Source: an uncultured Methanosarcinaceae archaeon (lineage in GTDB: Archaea; Halobacteriota; Methanosarcinia; Methanosarcinales; Methanosarcinaceae). From it: a stretch of DNA of 64,000 bases. The DNA lies in contig CAVTET010000015.1 in NCBI GenBank assembly GCA_963733675.1, positions 10,888-74,887 on the forward strand. Direction: 5' to 3'. This document shows positions 43,954 to 56,600 of the stretch, piece by piece (the first letter of the stretch is position 1; every line of letters starts with the position of its first letter). Both the position numbers and the translations under genes were made by a program. A model generated the notes under the pieces. That model had not been told where the DNA came from. It made no database searches and worked only from the letters and a program-made list of their open reading frames with translations.

Positions 43954-44295
43954 TCACATATTAAACACCATCACACCAACCAAAATTAAAAGTACTGCAA
44001 ATGCTTTACTAGAGTCGATCTTTTTCCGAAGCACAAGCTTGGATAAAATTAGAATTAGAACGAATTTTAGCGAAGTACTTGCGTAAAACAAATTTAGTGG
44101 GATATCCTTAAGAGTATAAACTGTGAGGAGAGTTGTTAGCACATACAGGCTAAAGGCGATGAGTGTATATGGATTTACGTAAGACATATTACATTTTTTC
44201 ATATTAGCTTTGTTTGCTCCCACTTTTAACAATACTTGACTAAATCCTGTAAATATGATCACTGAAACCAAGAATACCATTGAAAGATCAGTCAT
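43954..44295 (-). CDS. EamA/SMR-like small transporter (ArnE/F-like)
   Basis: 113 aa, four TM helices, SQVLLKVG, L.DIPL..YA, LILVGV. Confidence 0.75.
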   Translation of the reverse strand: MTDLSMVFLVSVIIFTGFSQVLLKVGANKANMKKCNMSYVNPYTLIAFSLYVLTTLLTVYTLKDIPLNLFYASTSLKFVLILILSKLVLRKKIDSSKAFAVLLILVGVMVFNM

Positions 44296-44650
44296 GCTTC
44301 TTCCTCGAGACTGTGAGACAGCACCAAAATTCCTAATGATATCAAGATTAGTCCTAATATGTTATTCATAGTAATTTGCTCTTTGAACAAGATTGCAGAA
44401 GAAATCAATATCACAAAGTTAATTAAACTTACAAATGGATATGTATAGGAGAGGGGATAATGTATCAATGTCTGTTGCCAAACAATTGCCTGTAAAATAA
44501 GAAATATTAACGAAAGAAGATAAAAATGTTAGTAACTGTAATGAATAGGGAAGAGTCTTTTACTGTCATTGCAGAATATTTCCCGCAAATTTCACTGGCT
44601 GCCTGAAGAAAGACTGGAAAAATTATCAGACTAAAATAAAAGAATAGCTC
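44292..44650 (-). pseudogene. Partner EamA/SMR-like gene, frameshifted
   Basis: QAIVWQQT..YPLSYTYPFVSLINFV...LFKEQITMNNILGL fragments. Confidence 0.65.
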
Positions 44651-44654
44651 TGTT

Positions 44655-45433
44655 TCAGATCTGTTTTGTTTCAGTAATCAATTCACAAGGTTTACCATCA
44701 TTCATTTTAAATTGCTTGTTTAAATCCCGTTGCAGACGAAATATTTGTGAGCCCATATCTAAAATATCCTTTCTGAAACTTACTTTAGTAGTGCCTCCCG
44801 GTTCCACATTACCGGGAATTCTTTCACTTTATATCCTTGGTACTGTGCAAGAACAAAAAGTTCGGTATCAAAAAATCAGTGTTGATCCCTAACTTTGTCA
44901 ATCAAATTAAACAATGAATCTCTTCTAAACGCTTTAAATCCACATTGATGGTCATATAAATTTGAGTGTAATAAGGTTCTTATCAAAAAATTGAACTCTC
45001 GGTTAGCTAAGTTTCTTTTTAAAAGTCTTTTTACTTTACTTTGAGGCATTATTCTGGAGCCTGTCGCGAAATCATATCCTTCTACTGATATTGACTCGAT
45101 GAGATCCTTCAGATAATTCATATCAGTTGCAAGATCCACATCAATGTAACAAAGTACTTCACCTGACGCGGATTTGAAAGTGTTAGTTAAGGCTCTGCCG
45201 CGTCCTTGGTACGAATCTAAGTGAAGATGCCGTACATAGTTATATTTTTTAGTATTTTTATTAGCAATCTTATCAGTTCCATCACTGTTCCCATCCTCTG
45301 CTACAACAATCTCAAAAGATGACGTAATTTTTTTCAGGTTTTTTGTAGTTTGGTTTACTGTTTCTTCTAATCTAACAGCTTCATTATATGCCGGTAATAT
45401 CAATGAGACTTGCATAATATTAACGTCCTTCAC
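44655..45433 (-). pseudogene. GT2 polyprenol-phosphate glycosyltransferase (DPM1-like), frameshifted C-terminus
   Basis: LILPAYNEA, VAEDG.SDGT, YIDVDLATD, GSR, DHQCGFKAF; continues after the stop as FDTELFVLAQ. Confidence 0.8.
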
Positions 45434-46547
45434 ATACGAAATACTATTTTATATTTTGTATTAAATATATATATAGCTATATATATTTGTTATACACAGT
45501 TCTTCAGCTTTAGCATTTAATGTATTATCGTGCACAAGATCGCGGTAGAGGATATCTTCGGTGCCTAGATGTTGAATGTTGAATAAATTGTTAATTCGCA
45601 TCCAGTAATAGTAATTCTCACATCCAAAAGTGAAAAGGTCATAATCCCCGATGATCTTACCAGCAAGGCCCCAGTACATAAAACAGGAACCTATAAAATT
45701 ATCATTTTTCTCATTTAGTTTCTCTATAAGGTTCTGTTGCAAAAATTAACTATTATTGAAATCAAAGTTCATTATGAATTGGAGAGGAAAATACTGTTGA
45801 TGCTGCACATACCAACAATATCTAAATTATTTAAGGAAGGTATTATTTTTATTTTCACTTGAACATAATTTATAATGTAATGCATGTGCAACAATGAAGT
45901 AGTGAAAGGTTTCTACTGTTCAGAGTAATTGAAATGGTTTCCTATTCTCTGATGAAGTATGAGTGCTTTTTAGCAATCTCCTATATGATGACAGAGTACT
46001 ACGAGTTCGTTTAAGATTATTGCAACAGATGGGTTTTGCGGCTTCAGAACATGTTCGCAAATATCAAGTGCTCTTTATAAAGCTCTTGTTTCCTATTATC
46101 CTAACTAAGCGTCGATTCAATCTGATAGTAGCATCTCGATATCCTGGATAAAGTTATTTTACTAAAATAGATTTATTTTTCTTAAATTCAAACAAAAAAA
46201 TCACTTATAATTTCAGCCGAAATTGGTAAAATGCATAGATTTAGACCCAAAAAAAACTATGCATAGAATTATTCAGTATGTACTAAGTATAAAAACAGTA
46301 GAAGTAAACAGAAAATAAAGAAATTATGCTGAAAGAAAAATTAGATCAATGATTGCTTCTCAAGTTAAAAGCCAGAAAAATTATTCAATTGCTGTAAAAC
46401 AAGTATTTTTGGCTTAATAATTCTTAAGATTGTTAATTTTATATATAGATTTGTATATTAATAAATTGTCACAAATCAAGCACGAAAATTAGAAAAAGCA
46501 ATTATACTTTAGAACATTTTTGAGATATGACTTTCGACACTTTCATA

Positions 46548-47411
46548 TTAGATATTATAAATACTAAACGCTAATGTTTGGCTAATTGAGTTGGATAATA
46601 TTTTTTTTATTTGCATATCGAATGAGTAGAGCATCGATGCGAATAACATTAATATAATGACAAAGCAAAACGGGTTATACACCCAATATTTGATCAGGGG
46701 CACATGTATTAGGTATGCATAGAAGCTTAAATTACTCAACCATCTGATCAATGCTGACTGATTTACTATATGGGGATAAAAATCTATTTTAATAATGTAT
46801 ATGCCCAATCCAAATTCGAAGACACGACACAGCGGAAACCATTCAGCAGGTCTATCCATGCCAAAATTATTGAATTCATTAAAAATAATCCGTGAAAACA
46901 AACTTATGAAAAATAAACTTATTATCGTTAAATGTGGCTTTTTTTTGAATAGATAATCCAATATTGGGTATATTAGATAAAGGCATATTATGAGGCCAAT
47001 AAACCAGAAAGCATAATTTAGAGGGCCATTAAAATCGGCTAAATATGCCTGAAAACCAGTAATTAGCTCAATACAATTCCTAAAATTAAATTGCAGAAGT
47101 GTACTGGAAAAGACTATACAAAGAATTATTGCCGTCCAATATGCAGGATATATACGCAAAAATCTTTTTATATAAAATTTCAGAATGTCACCTATATTAT
47201 TTATTTTAGTGTTTTGGGCAAGGCTTGCACCACTCGCGAATAAAAAAAGAGCCACGCCTAAAATTCCCATATCAAGAAAGATCACTTTTGGGATAATAAT
47301 ATAAAAAAGGAAATTTTTCCACTGATATGTCGCTACGACGTGTTCCCAAACAACAAGAATGATGCCAATGAGTTTGAGCAGGTCGATAAATAACAATCTT
47401 TCTTTTGCCAA
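46548..47411 (-). CDS. Acyltransferase family 3 (OafA-like) membrane O-acyltransferase
   Basis: IDLLKLIGIILVVWEH, GVALFLFASG, FYIKRFLRIYPAYW, WFIG, LSFYAYLIH. Confidence 0.88.
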   Translation of the reverse strand: MAKERLLFIDLLKLIGIILVVWEHVVATYQWKNFLFYIIIPKVIFLDMGILGVALFLFASGASLAQNTKINNIGDILKFYIKRFLRIYPAYWTAIILCIVFSSTLLQFNFRNCIELITGFQAYLADFNGPLNYAFWFIGLIICLYLIYPILDYLFKKKPHLTIISLFFISLFSRIIFNEFNNFGMDRPAEWFPLCRVFEFGLGIYIIKIDFYPHIVNQSALIRWLSNLSFYAYLIHVPLIKYWVYNPFCFVIILMLFASMLYSFDMQIKKILSNSISQTLAFSIYNI

Positions 47412-48582
47412 ACATTTCCACTCATATAATTTTTAATTATTTATATTGATAGTCTAGACATAATTTTGATAATTTATATACTGAATTAAAATATTGCATA
47501 TATGATATATTAAGTTCCATTAATATTATTCAGGTTCATGCCGAAAGATCTTTGATCACATATGTTAAATTAGTTGTAAAGCGACTTAACTGTTGAAATA
47601 AATGACATAATTAAATCAAGTACAATTATACAAAAATTTTATTGTGTGAATGATTTTGCACTTCAAGCCAATTATTTTTTCAACTATTATTTTTATTATA
47701 TGTGGTAATTCCCCTTAGCAACTTCTGAGCACGTTCGAGTGAAAATATTATGCGCCTATGTGGGCTAAGGGATATTGAATAAGGAGATTATTACAAAAAA
47801 TTATTATTTTGATACGCTTTTCTACTTCATATCTAGTTTATTAGTGGATTATCCAAAATATATTAAAGCTGTGGAATGATTGCGCTTACAGCCTAAACTA
47901 GTCCTTTTCAAAGTAACATATCTAAGGAACCAATTACTAAAATTTTTTTATAAATACATTCAGAAATATATTTGATAATCAAACAATTTTAGCGTGATGA
48001 ATGCTTTCAATTTGTTAGGCTATTATAATAGTAGATTTATTTAGTAATTAGTTGACTAGTTTTCACTAATTACAGACGTTTTATTTGAATTAATAGATTT
48101 ATTCGGTATTATTTAGCAATTTTAATGAAAAAAGCTAATTAATTTTGGGATTTATGTATCAATTTATAGTGAAAATTGGTATTTATTTGAGAATTAATTT
48201 TGACGAAAATGGGTAATTTGGTACTGTTTTAGAGAATCAAAAAAAATTTGAACTTTAAGTCCAAAAAACCAGTTTAACAGCAAGAATTATAGCTTGATTG
48301 TAGCATGTAAAGGTGAATTTTTATTGCGCAAGTGACTGAGAATGGGTTTACCCACCGTTAAATTATCTAATGATTGAAATATTTGTTTTGAGTTAACCGT
48401 TTGATGGCCTACATTCTTATGGATTGGGTTGATAGGGTTATTACTTTTTTCATCTAACAATCTCAAGGCGGATGAATTATAATTGCTTGGAACAAACTAT
48501 CGATATCATCGATAAATTTTTAAGTTAATAAATATAAAATAGTATAGAATGTATCGGAATTATGTAAATAATAACCTCATGG

Positions 48583-49449
48583 ATGCGATCAAGGGTGACT
48601 AAGGAAAAATTGCTCGCATTCGACTTGCTCAGGATCATAAGTATCATTCTTATTGTCTTCAGTCACGTTGCATTTCGTAAAAACTGGATTCCGTGGAATC
48701 AGTTCCCAGTACTCTTCAATATTTTTGAATTAAACGTCGGGAAGATTGGAGTTTATATTTTTTTGTTCATAAGTGGCGCTATGCTTCAATACAATTATAA
48801 CAAGATAAAGGATATCAGCGATCTGAAATTATTTTATATGAAGCGTCTTATGAGAATCTACCCAGCTATTTGGATAACGATAATTTTCGTATTAATATTT
48901 CACCCTGAATTATTTAATGAGCCAATTAATTTATTCTGGGGCTTTACAGGGTTCACAGCATTCGTTGGTCAGTGGAGTGGTATAGTCCCAGGCTCTTCCA
49001 ACTGGTTTGTTGGTTTAATCGTCATACTTTACTTGTTATTTCCATTATTGTCACATTTAATTCAAAAGCTTCCTCACGTGTGGATTATAGTTTTCGCTCT
49101 AATTTCCTTTAGTTTATGCTTTTATTTTCATACCCATAACCTAGAGATGCTAGGGGTGGGCACATGCGGATGGTTCCCCTTTGCACACCTTTTCGAGTTC
49201 GCTCTTGGCATTTACGTCGTCCAGCTTAAACTTTACCCAAAAATCAAGCATAAATCAGACATTATTACGTTTTTAAGCGAACTTACCTTTCCCATATTTC
49301 TTATACATGGACTATTGCTTCCGCTTTCGGTGTCTAATATTCCAATGTTTGCATTTGGTTCATTATTCCTTGCTACAATGATTTACCTAATGGACAGACA
49401 GATCCAAAAAATATTAAAATGGAATTTTAAAATTCAGTTGTCTATTTAA
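48583..49449 (+). CDS. Acyltransferase family 3 (OafA-like) membrane O-acyltransferase
   Basis: FDLLRIISIILIVFSH, GVYIFLFISG, FYMKRLMRIYP, WFVG, LTFPIFLIH. Confidence 0.88.
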   Translation: MRSRVTKEKLLAFDLLRIISIILIVFSHVAFRKNWIPWNQFPVLFNIFELNVGKIGVYIFLFISGAMLQYNYNKIKDISDLKLFYMKRLMRIYPAIWITIIFVLIFHPELFNEPINLFWGFTGFTAFVGQWSGIVPGSSNWFVGLIVILYLLFPLLSHLIQKLPHVWIIVFALISFSLCFYFHTHNLEMLGVGTCGWFPFAHLFEFALGIYVVQLKLYPKIKHKSDIITFLSELTFPIFLIHGLLLPLSVSNIPMFAFGSLFLATMIYLMDRQIQKILKWNFKIQLSI

Positions 49450-49608
49450 TTCCCATTACTAAAATTTTTAATATCAAAAAGAATAGAGAAGGTAATATCT
49501 GAACTAACTTTGCATTAACTTGAGACATCAACTAAATGGATTTATGCAGTTGTAGATTGCCGTGATATGCTTATCTAGCAGGTTGTCGAAATATTTATGG
49601 ATGGTTAA

Positions 49609-50322
49609 CTAGTAGTGATCGTTGCAAATGAGTATCGAATTGACGCATTCTGATACATGCAAATAGGACTTTTCTTGGTTACCATCGCCCAGAATCTCCA
49701 GTTGGGTATGATTTCCTCTCAGCTTTCTGATAAAATCAACAATAATCCCATGAGTGCTAAGAGGGCCGACAATGTTTGCAAAACGAAAAATCCATGCTTG
49801 CATATCAAAGGTGTGAGAGTATGAGGTAATAAGAGCTTCATAAGCAAGTTTGGAAGCGCCGTACAGTGGGAATAAGGGCGCTGTAATCCTCTGGAATGGG
49901 CATTATCTGTGCCTCTCCATAAATTGTAGAGGTGGAAGTAAATACAACCTTTTTAACGTTGTTTCTCCTCATAGCTTCCAGAAGATTGTAGGTTGCCAAA
50001 ATGTTCTGATCGAAATGTATTTTAGTAACTGAAGCCCCAAGTCTTACATCTGGATTCGCAGCTACATGACAAACTAGTTCAATGTCTCTGCAGGCTCTTT
50101 CTATCATTTCATTGTCAAGAATGTCTCCTTTTATAATGTGAAATCAGTTTTTTCAAGATGTTTCTCTATAAATCCAATTTTTCCTGAACTCAGATTATCA
50201 AAAATAATAATTCTGTTATCTTCTATAAGATGATCCACCAGGTGGCTTCCTATAAAACCGGCTCCTCCTGTCACAAGTATGTTATTTTTTGTAGCATTGG
50301 AAATATCTAGATAATGGTCCAT
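49609..50322 (-). pseudogene. NAD-dependent epimerase/dehydratase (GalE-like) pseudogene
   Basis: [62 protein letters not shown] split over three ORFs; C-terminus truncated. Confidence 0.88.
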
Positions 50323-50444
50323 TTCTCATTGATCAATTTTGCACCTTTTTCAGGTCCTAAAAAATTTATTGCTTCAACTTTCTGTGTTTGACTAGTAAAT
50401 GTTCGAAAAATTAGGATACTACAAATAACACATACTTAAAATTC

Positions 50445-50816
50445 TAATTGTGACAGTTAAATAAAAATTTATGTTATTAGTCTTGTCTTATCGACCAAAA
50501 TGCAAACAAAACTTAGAATATATGAAATCACTCCTAACGACAATATATGATTTCATATAGGGATTATTTTACTATTGAAAATCTATATAAGCAGCTCCAT
50601 CTGTCCTTCATTTTAGGTCAGCACAAAACTAGAGGAATCGACTTTAATTCCCTAATCAAAGCTTTACTAAGCTATAAGCTTACAGAGAATTTCAGTATAT
50701 ATCACCTCCATAAATGGATCAGCCAGAATGAAGTCCTAGAATTTTCCGGTCTTGAGAAATCTAATGAAAGGCTTCGATATAGAACCCCCCAAATTTTTGG
50801 GAGCAAAAAAGAATAA
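50445..50816 (+). mobile_element. IS1634-like transposase 5' remnant
   Basis: MQTKLRIYEITPNDN...LGQHKTRGIDFNSLIKALLSYKLTENFS resembles Methanosarcina IS1634-type transposase N-termini (from memory). Confidence 0.55.
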
Positions 50817-50830
50817 ATGATTTTTGAGCT

Positions 50831-50913
50831 TTGTAGAAAACCTATATAAGTCAGCTTCAAGAGACTGAAGATAAATAAGTAAAAAGATCTCAGGCCATTA
50901 AGTTCAAATTAAT
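50831..50913 (+). repeat. Dispersed ~82-bp repeat (probable IS left end), copy 2
   Basis: Aligns with 42547-42628. Confidence 0.6.
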
Positions 50914-51962
50914 GGGAATTCTTTAATTTTAGTAATCCAGCTTCTACGGGAACAATACCGTCTGAGGAGGTCTGACTAGCTGTTGACGACTCTACTAATT
51001 GCACTACCTAACAAACCCGCTGAACTTTATGCTGTGTCATATGTAATGTTGATTTGAACTAATATCAAGTTTTCATTAGTTTTTAGCTGATATATGTACA
51101 ATGTATATGCCAGATACGCTAGCGATATATACAATATTGATATCGGCATGCATCTTTACAATATTTTAAATTATACTTACTGCTCTGACTTTTCTCGATA
51201 AAATCGGATTATCGAATGTTGAATTGCCATATAGTCCCAATCACACTGATATTAGCCCAACGTGCGAATATAGTGTGCTGAACCAACGTAGATAGACGTA
51301 GTAGACGGTTCCCCACATTGGTTTTCATGATATTTATATTCTCATATAAATTTAAGTTGCGTCTTGGTTTGCTTAAGGTTCCCATTTTCCTTTTCTGGGA
51401 GAGAATACATCATTAGTCACAAATTAATATACTTCATATGATGAAAGTGTTAAACAGGATTACATATAAATGATTAGTTTTCCGATGAAAAACTTCGGTA
51501 TCAAATTAAAGTTTTTCATACTTCATACATATGGCAACGATTCATGAGGGTTTGTGATGAAAAGGAAAAAATTAAATATGTTATTTTTTAGTATAAATTT
51601 GGAGGAGTTTAGACTTTTATGACGCTCTCTATAATGGATGTATATGAAAGTCAAGCATCTTATCCACATGTAAACTGAGACGGATTTAAAGAGGAATTGT
51701 TTGAATAAGAAATACGGAGTTGGATCCAAAAAAGATTAAGAATAGAAGGAAATAACTACTTAACCGATGTTCGGTATCTAACTTTTTAGATAAATATTCA
51801 ACCTACCAAAAACAGTTCATTTATATTGATTTTGACGTAATGAATATGCTTAATCACTAACTGATGACAAAAAACATAACCACTAACTGCCAGTTAAATG
51901 AAATAAACTCACTGAAATTTGCCAATTAAATCTTAGTAAAAACAATTGTTTATATTGTTTGG

Positions 51963-53618
51963 CTAAGTTTGAATAGTTACTTTTTTAGAATATTTAAAGC
52001 AATTTTGACCTAATATTTTACTTTCTCTTTCGTTGTTTGCAAGAAATTCCAAACACGCTTCAGCTTCCAATGCACCACAATAATATAGGCCACAGTTTCC
52101 TTTTGTGCAGATACTTTTCAAAATATCATTCATTTCTGGAACTAGAATAGGAAACTTATTATTAAAAGCTATATTTAGCTCATCTTCACCTATCTTTGGA
52201 TCAACTACCCATAAAATTTTGACTCTTTTTAACTGATCATCTTGGAGCCATTCGGCCATTATAAAGCGGGAATTTAGTTCTGGATTTTTATTTAAAAAAT
52301 AAGCCATCGCCTGAGTACATCTAGAATCAAAATTTTTGCCGACACATGCGATTACCATTTCTTCATCGCGCTGGAGTTCAAATTCAGAATTTTTTAAGTT
52401 GTAAATATCAACTATTTTTTTAACTTGATTCCCTAATGTATTATTTGCAATTTTATTATGTGCAAACTCTCCAAAAATTGTTATTTTCTCCGGATGTAAC
52501 ACAAAATCTGACATTTTTTGGGCAAGGTCTTTCGGATTTCCCGGTTCAAAAAGCGATCCTGTTTTTCCATCTTCGATGAGTTCTGGGATTCCACCTGAAT
52601 TTGAACCAATAACCGGAATTTTTGATGCCATTGCTTCTGTTATTGTTACAGGCTGGTTTTCAGGCCAAATAGATGGAAGAATGAGGACATCTGTATTACG
52701 ATAAGCATTACCAATATCATCAATTCTACCCCAAAAGGAAACGATATTGTTAAGTCTCATATTTTTAACTTTAGTCTTAAGATTCTCCATCAATTCTCCT
52801 TTGCCTATAAGATTAACAGAAACGCAATTCAGATTTTTAAGGTATGCCAATGCCTCAATTAGCACATCGATACCTTTATGTTTGCCAAAATATCCGATGA
52901 AAGTAAATCTAATTCTTTTGTCATCAGGAACGGTTGAAAAATTCGAAAATTTTTGGACATCAACCCCATTCCATATAACATGCATTTTATCTTCAGGTAT
53001 ACCAGCCAAATAATAATTATTTGCAAGGTATTGACTTGGAGATATAAACTCATCTACATCTCTAAAAATGAATTTAAAAAAATCTTGCCTGATTCTCATG
53101 GGAATATTTCTGTTGTCTTCATCTGAAATATATGGTTTGCATTCTCTACAACGTGTAAAGTTTTGGCAAATTTCATCTTCATTTTTAAGGATTGTATTTT
53201 TATAGCAAAAACCCCAATTGTCATGGAGAGTTAAAATTGTTTTAATACCTCTTTGTTTTGCAATGGAAATTAACCCAAGAGATAAACCTATGATATTGTG
53301 AAAATGTGCAACTTCCGGAGAAAAACTGTTGAGAACCTCTTTAAAATGATTTTCCACTTTTTTATGGTAAAAATTGATGTATTCAGGTTCATAGTCTTCC
53401 GAAACAAGATGTATCCGAAAGATGGTTAAACCTTCATAGACTTCACGTCTTATTGAATGCCGATTTCCAAAATCACTAATATCACCGGTAAAAACTATCA
53501 CGTCATGGCCGTTTTTTTTCAATTCTAAAGCCTGAGAATGAGCTATCAACTCAGCTCCTCCAATAAAATTAGGTGGATATGCATTACAACAAAATATTAT
53601 TCTCTTTTTCATTGTCAT
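51963..53618 (-). CDS. GT4-family glycosyltransferase with C-terminal extension
   Basis: YPPNFIGGAE, TLHDNWGFC, FIGYFGKHKG, LPSIWPENQP..ITEAMA, GGIPELI. Confidence 0.9.
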   Translation of the reverse strand: MTMKKRIIFCCNAYPPNFIGGAELIAHSQALELKKNGHDVIVFTGDISDFGNRHSIRREVYEGLTIFRIHLVSEDYEPEYINFYHKKVENHFKEVLNSFSPEVAHFHNIIGLSLGLISIAKQRGIKTILTLHDNWGFCYKNTILKNEDEICQNFTRCRECKPYISDEDNRNIPMRIRQDFFKFIFRDVDEFISPSQYLANNYYLAGIPEDKMHVIWNGVDVQKFSNFSTVPDDKRIRFTFIGYFGKHKGIDVLIEALAYLKNLNCVSVNLIGKGELMENLKTKVKNMRLNNIVSFWGRIDDIGNAYRNTDVLILPSIWPENQPVTITEAMASKIPVIGSNSGGIPELIEDGKTGSLFEPGNPKDLAQKMSDFVLHPEKITIFGEFAHNKIANNTLGNQVKKIVDIYNLKNSEFELQRDEEMVIACVGKNFDSRCTQAMAYFLNKNPELNSRFIMAEWLQDDQLKRVKILWVVDPKIGEDELNIAFNNKFPILVPEMNDILKSICTKGNCGLYYCGALEAEACLEFLANNERESKILGQNCFKYSKKVTIQT

Positions 53619-53625
53619 AACTCCA

Positions 53626-56600
53626 TTATTCTAAGCATTGGAAAATTTGTTTATACATCCCCTCCACAGTTTGCTTAATTTCCAGCTTGAAACTGCGAAT
53701 TTCAGGTTTTAGATATGCTAATAACAACCCACCCCGCATTTCTCTATGATTAGTTGCTTTATTCTCAACTAACCTACCAGGTACGAAATCAACGTCAACA
53801 TGATGTACATAGAGAGAGTTATCCCAGTTTATTTCTAATATACTTCGGCGACATTCTGGATTGAAACTATCATAAAGGACTACAAAAAGTGGTTTCTTAG
53901 GAATATAACTGAGTAAGCAATTTATAGCACCTTTTATACTTTCAGCAGAATGATCTCCATTAATTAGAACAAACTCAATTGGTATATTTTCAGCATCTAA
54001 TTCCTGTAGCAATATCGGCAATGTAGTGGTTGCAGGTTCAATCAAAAAAGTTACATTTTTCAAATTACTAAATTTCCCAGGTATTCTTGGATCAATATCA
54101 AGGCAGAAAACCATTTTCGAATATTGTAAGATGAGAGATAAGCTCCCACCTCCGTAAGTTCCGACTTCGATAGTGCATAAGGGTTTCAAACGTGACAGTA
54201 GCGCTGTCAGAGCTAATCTCTCTGAGTGATTCATTTGCCAATTTTTGCATAAGCAATCTGGATAAAGAATATCTTCCAAATTTCGTTTATTTTGTGATAC
54301 AATAAACTGATTTTGGGATACAGGAAACTTCATAACTGGATTATGCGATTGAAGAATATGTATGAAGCTAAGTGTATAGTCTTCCCATGTTTTAATCTTT
54401 CGTTTAACTGCTTCTGTTGATAATTTAAGCAATAATTCTTTATTAGTAGCTAACCGATATATGTCATCAGATAACTTGTTCTCATCTAAAACATCAGTAG
54501 TCAAGCATCCGCCTTCTGCTGCAATCTCTGACATTACCCCCTCCTGATAACATATACAGGGTTTTCCATGCCATATACTTTCCAAAATAGGCATACCAAA
54601 GCCTTCGATTATTGAAGGATATACTGTGAACATAGCTTCTTCATAAAGCTCATGGAGTATAATATCGTCAACAACTCCTAACCATTTTATTCTGGAATTT
54701 TGCTTTGAAATATTCTGAACGTAATTTGCAATGTCAGACGCACCTACATAGCGATTCCCGACTAATGTCAAAGTCCAATCCAGTTCAGGATGTTTTTCTT
54801 GTATTTGGAGGCAAGCATTAATAAGTTTTTTATGATTTTTCCGAGGTTCTAATGTAGATACACATAAGATGCTAACTTTATTTGATATTGACTCTCGAAT
54901 TCTTTGCGTTCTTTCAAAACCACTAAATTCTCCAGGAAGTAAATTTGGTGACAAAGCACAACCTTTAATATTATGTTCTTTCCAGAAATTATCCAAGCAC
55001 GAAGAAGAATAATTTGAATTCGGGATTACAATATCACATTCGACAAGTCCAATCATATAACTAGTGTGATTATTTCTGATTAATTCATCTTTACAAAATT
55101 CAGGAAACAATAATGGAATTGCATCATGAAAAATTGCGGCTAAATTAATGTCGTGAGCTCTAGCATATCTACGGACTAGCCTGCCATATGATTCGTCAAG
55201 AGTTTCGGTAAAGAGAAGCCACTTAGTTTGTTCATTCCCTAGCTGAATCAAATAATCGTCAAATGCAATTCTATCATTGACAGGTGAAATTTTATCTTTA
55301 TTAGATAATAAGGGTCCATTAAACTGTCCTAAAGTTTGAAATTCTTGTATTGTGGGAAAAACATAACAATTATCTTGTGAGTTCCAAATCACAAAAATTG
55401 GATCTAAATATTTTTGGAATTCCCGGCTTATTCTGCGAGTTACACGTATAACACCAGAATTTGCAGGATCTTTGGCAGCATTTGTTACATCGATTATTAA
55501 GGAAATTTTTTCTTGTTTATGGATCTCATTTTTGGAAATCAATTCTTCTAAAATCACGTTATATTCACTAATTACGCGCTCCCACTTAAAATAATTCATA
55601 AATTTATTCAATGAATCTTTTTTTATATTGACATCCAATCCCTTTTCCCTTAAAATATCACAGGCTTTCTCAGCCATTTCATAATTATTTTTGCATAAAT
55701 ACCACGGATGAACAATAACTTCAGGATGTGCACCTATATTGAAAGCAAGAACAGGTCGACCAAGAATTTGCATCTCTGCTATTGGCAAATTAAATCCTTC
55801 CCAAAGAGAAAGGGAAATACCTATATCAGCTTCTTCCATTATTTTTTTTAATTCCTTGTCATCAGGAAAACCAACTGGAAGGATCGATTTTTGCAGATCA
55901 TCAGGAATCTCAACATCTCTAGAATCAGCAAGAATAAGTAAAACACAATTGGGGAAAAATCTCATTATTTGACGCATTATATCGAATGATGCTTCTGAAT
56001 TTTTGTAACAATTAGGTTCCCATCGACCTAAATTTAATATAATTTTTTTCCCCTCGAATTTTAAGGGCTTAAGAAGATTAGTCTTATATTCTGAAAATTT
56101 CGATAAATGTAGATTATTAGAATCCCAAACGTTCATTTTTATGTGGTCTGCACCCCATAGAATCGTTTTCGTCGGCACTTTATTGTCTACGTCAATTTTA
56201 CTTTGGGAATTAACCATGAATTCACTGATTCCAATAATTAGAGATGCATCTGGAAGAAACTGTTTTCTTAATCTGCGAAGTTTTTCCTGAACATTTTTTG
56301 CCCCTCCAGAAAAACCCTCAAGAGGGACTGCACCATGATCTATGAAAATTGTTTTAATTCCGATTTTATTAAAAAAATCGATGGCTGAAAAAAAAGGCCA
56401 TCCATTAATTAAAACAACATCTGGCTTACCATTGGCAATGAAATGTTTATTCCAATTTTGTTCTAACCATTTAACAGTATACTCATTTGAATTTAGATAA
56501 TCATCTTCTAATGTAGGGATTTCGATAATTTGGGAAGCAATAGATTCTACAACATTCTTATCATATTTATTTGCCATAAAAGACACTGTATGGCCTAGAT

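Noticed and set aside
38511-50322. Alternative genetic code as the explanation for internal stops in the archaeal part
   Set aside because: The interruptions include TAA, TGA and TAG plus frameshifts and deletions, and core genes have none, which fits decay rather than recoding.
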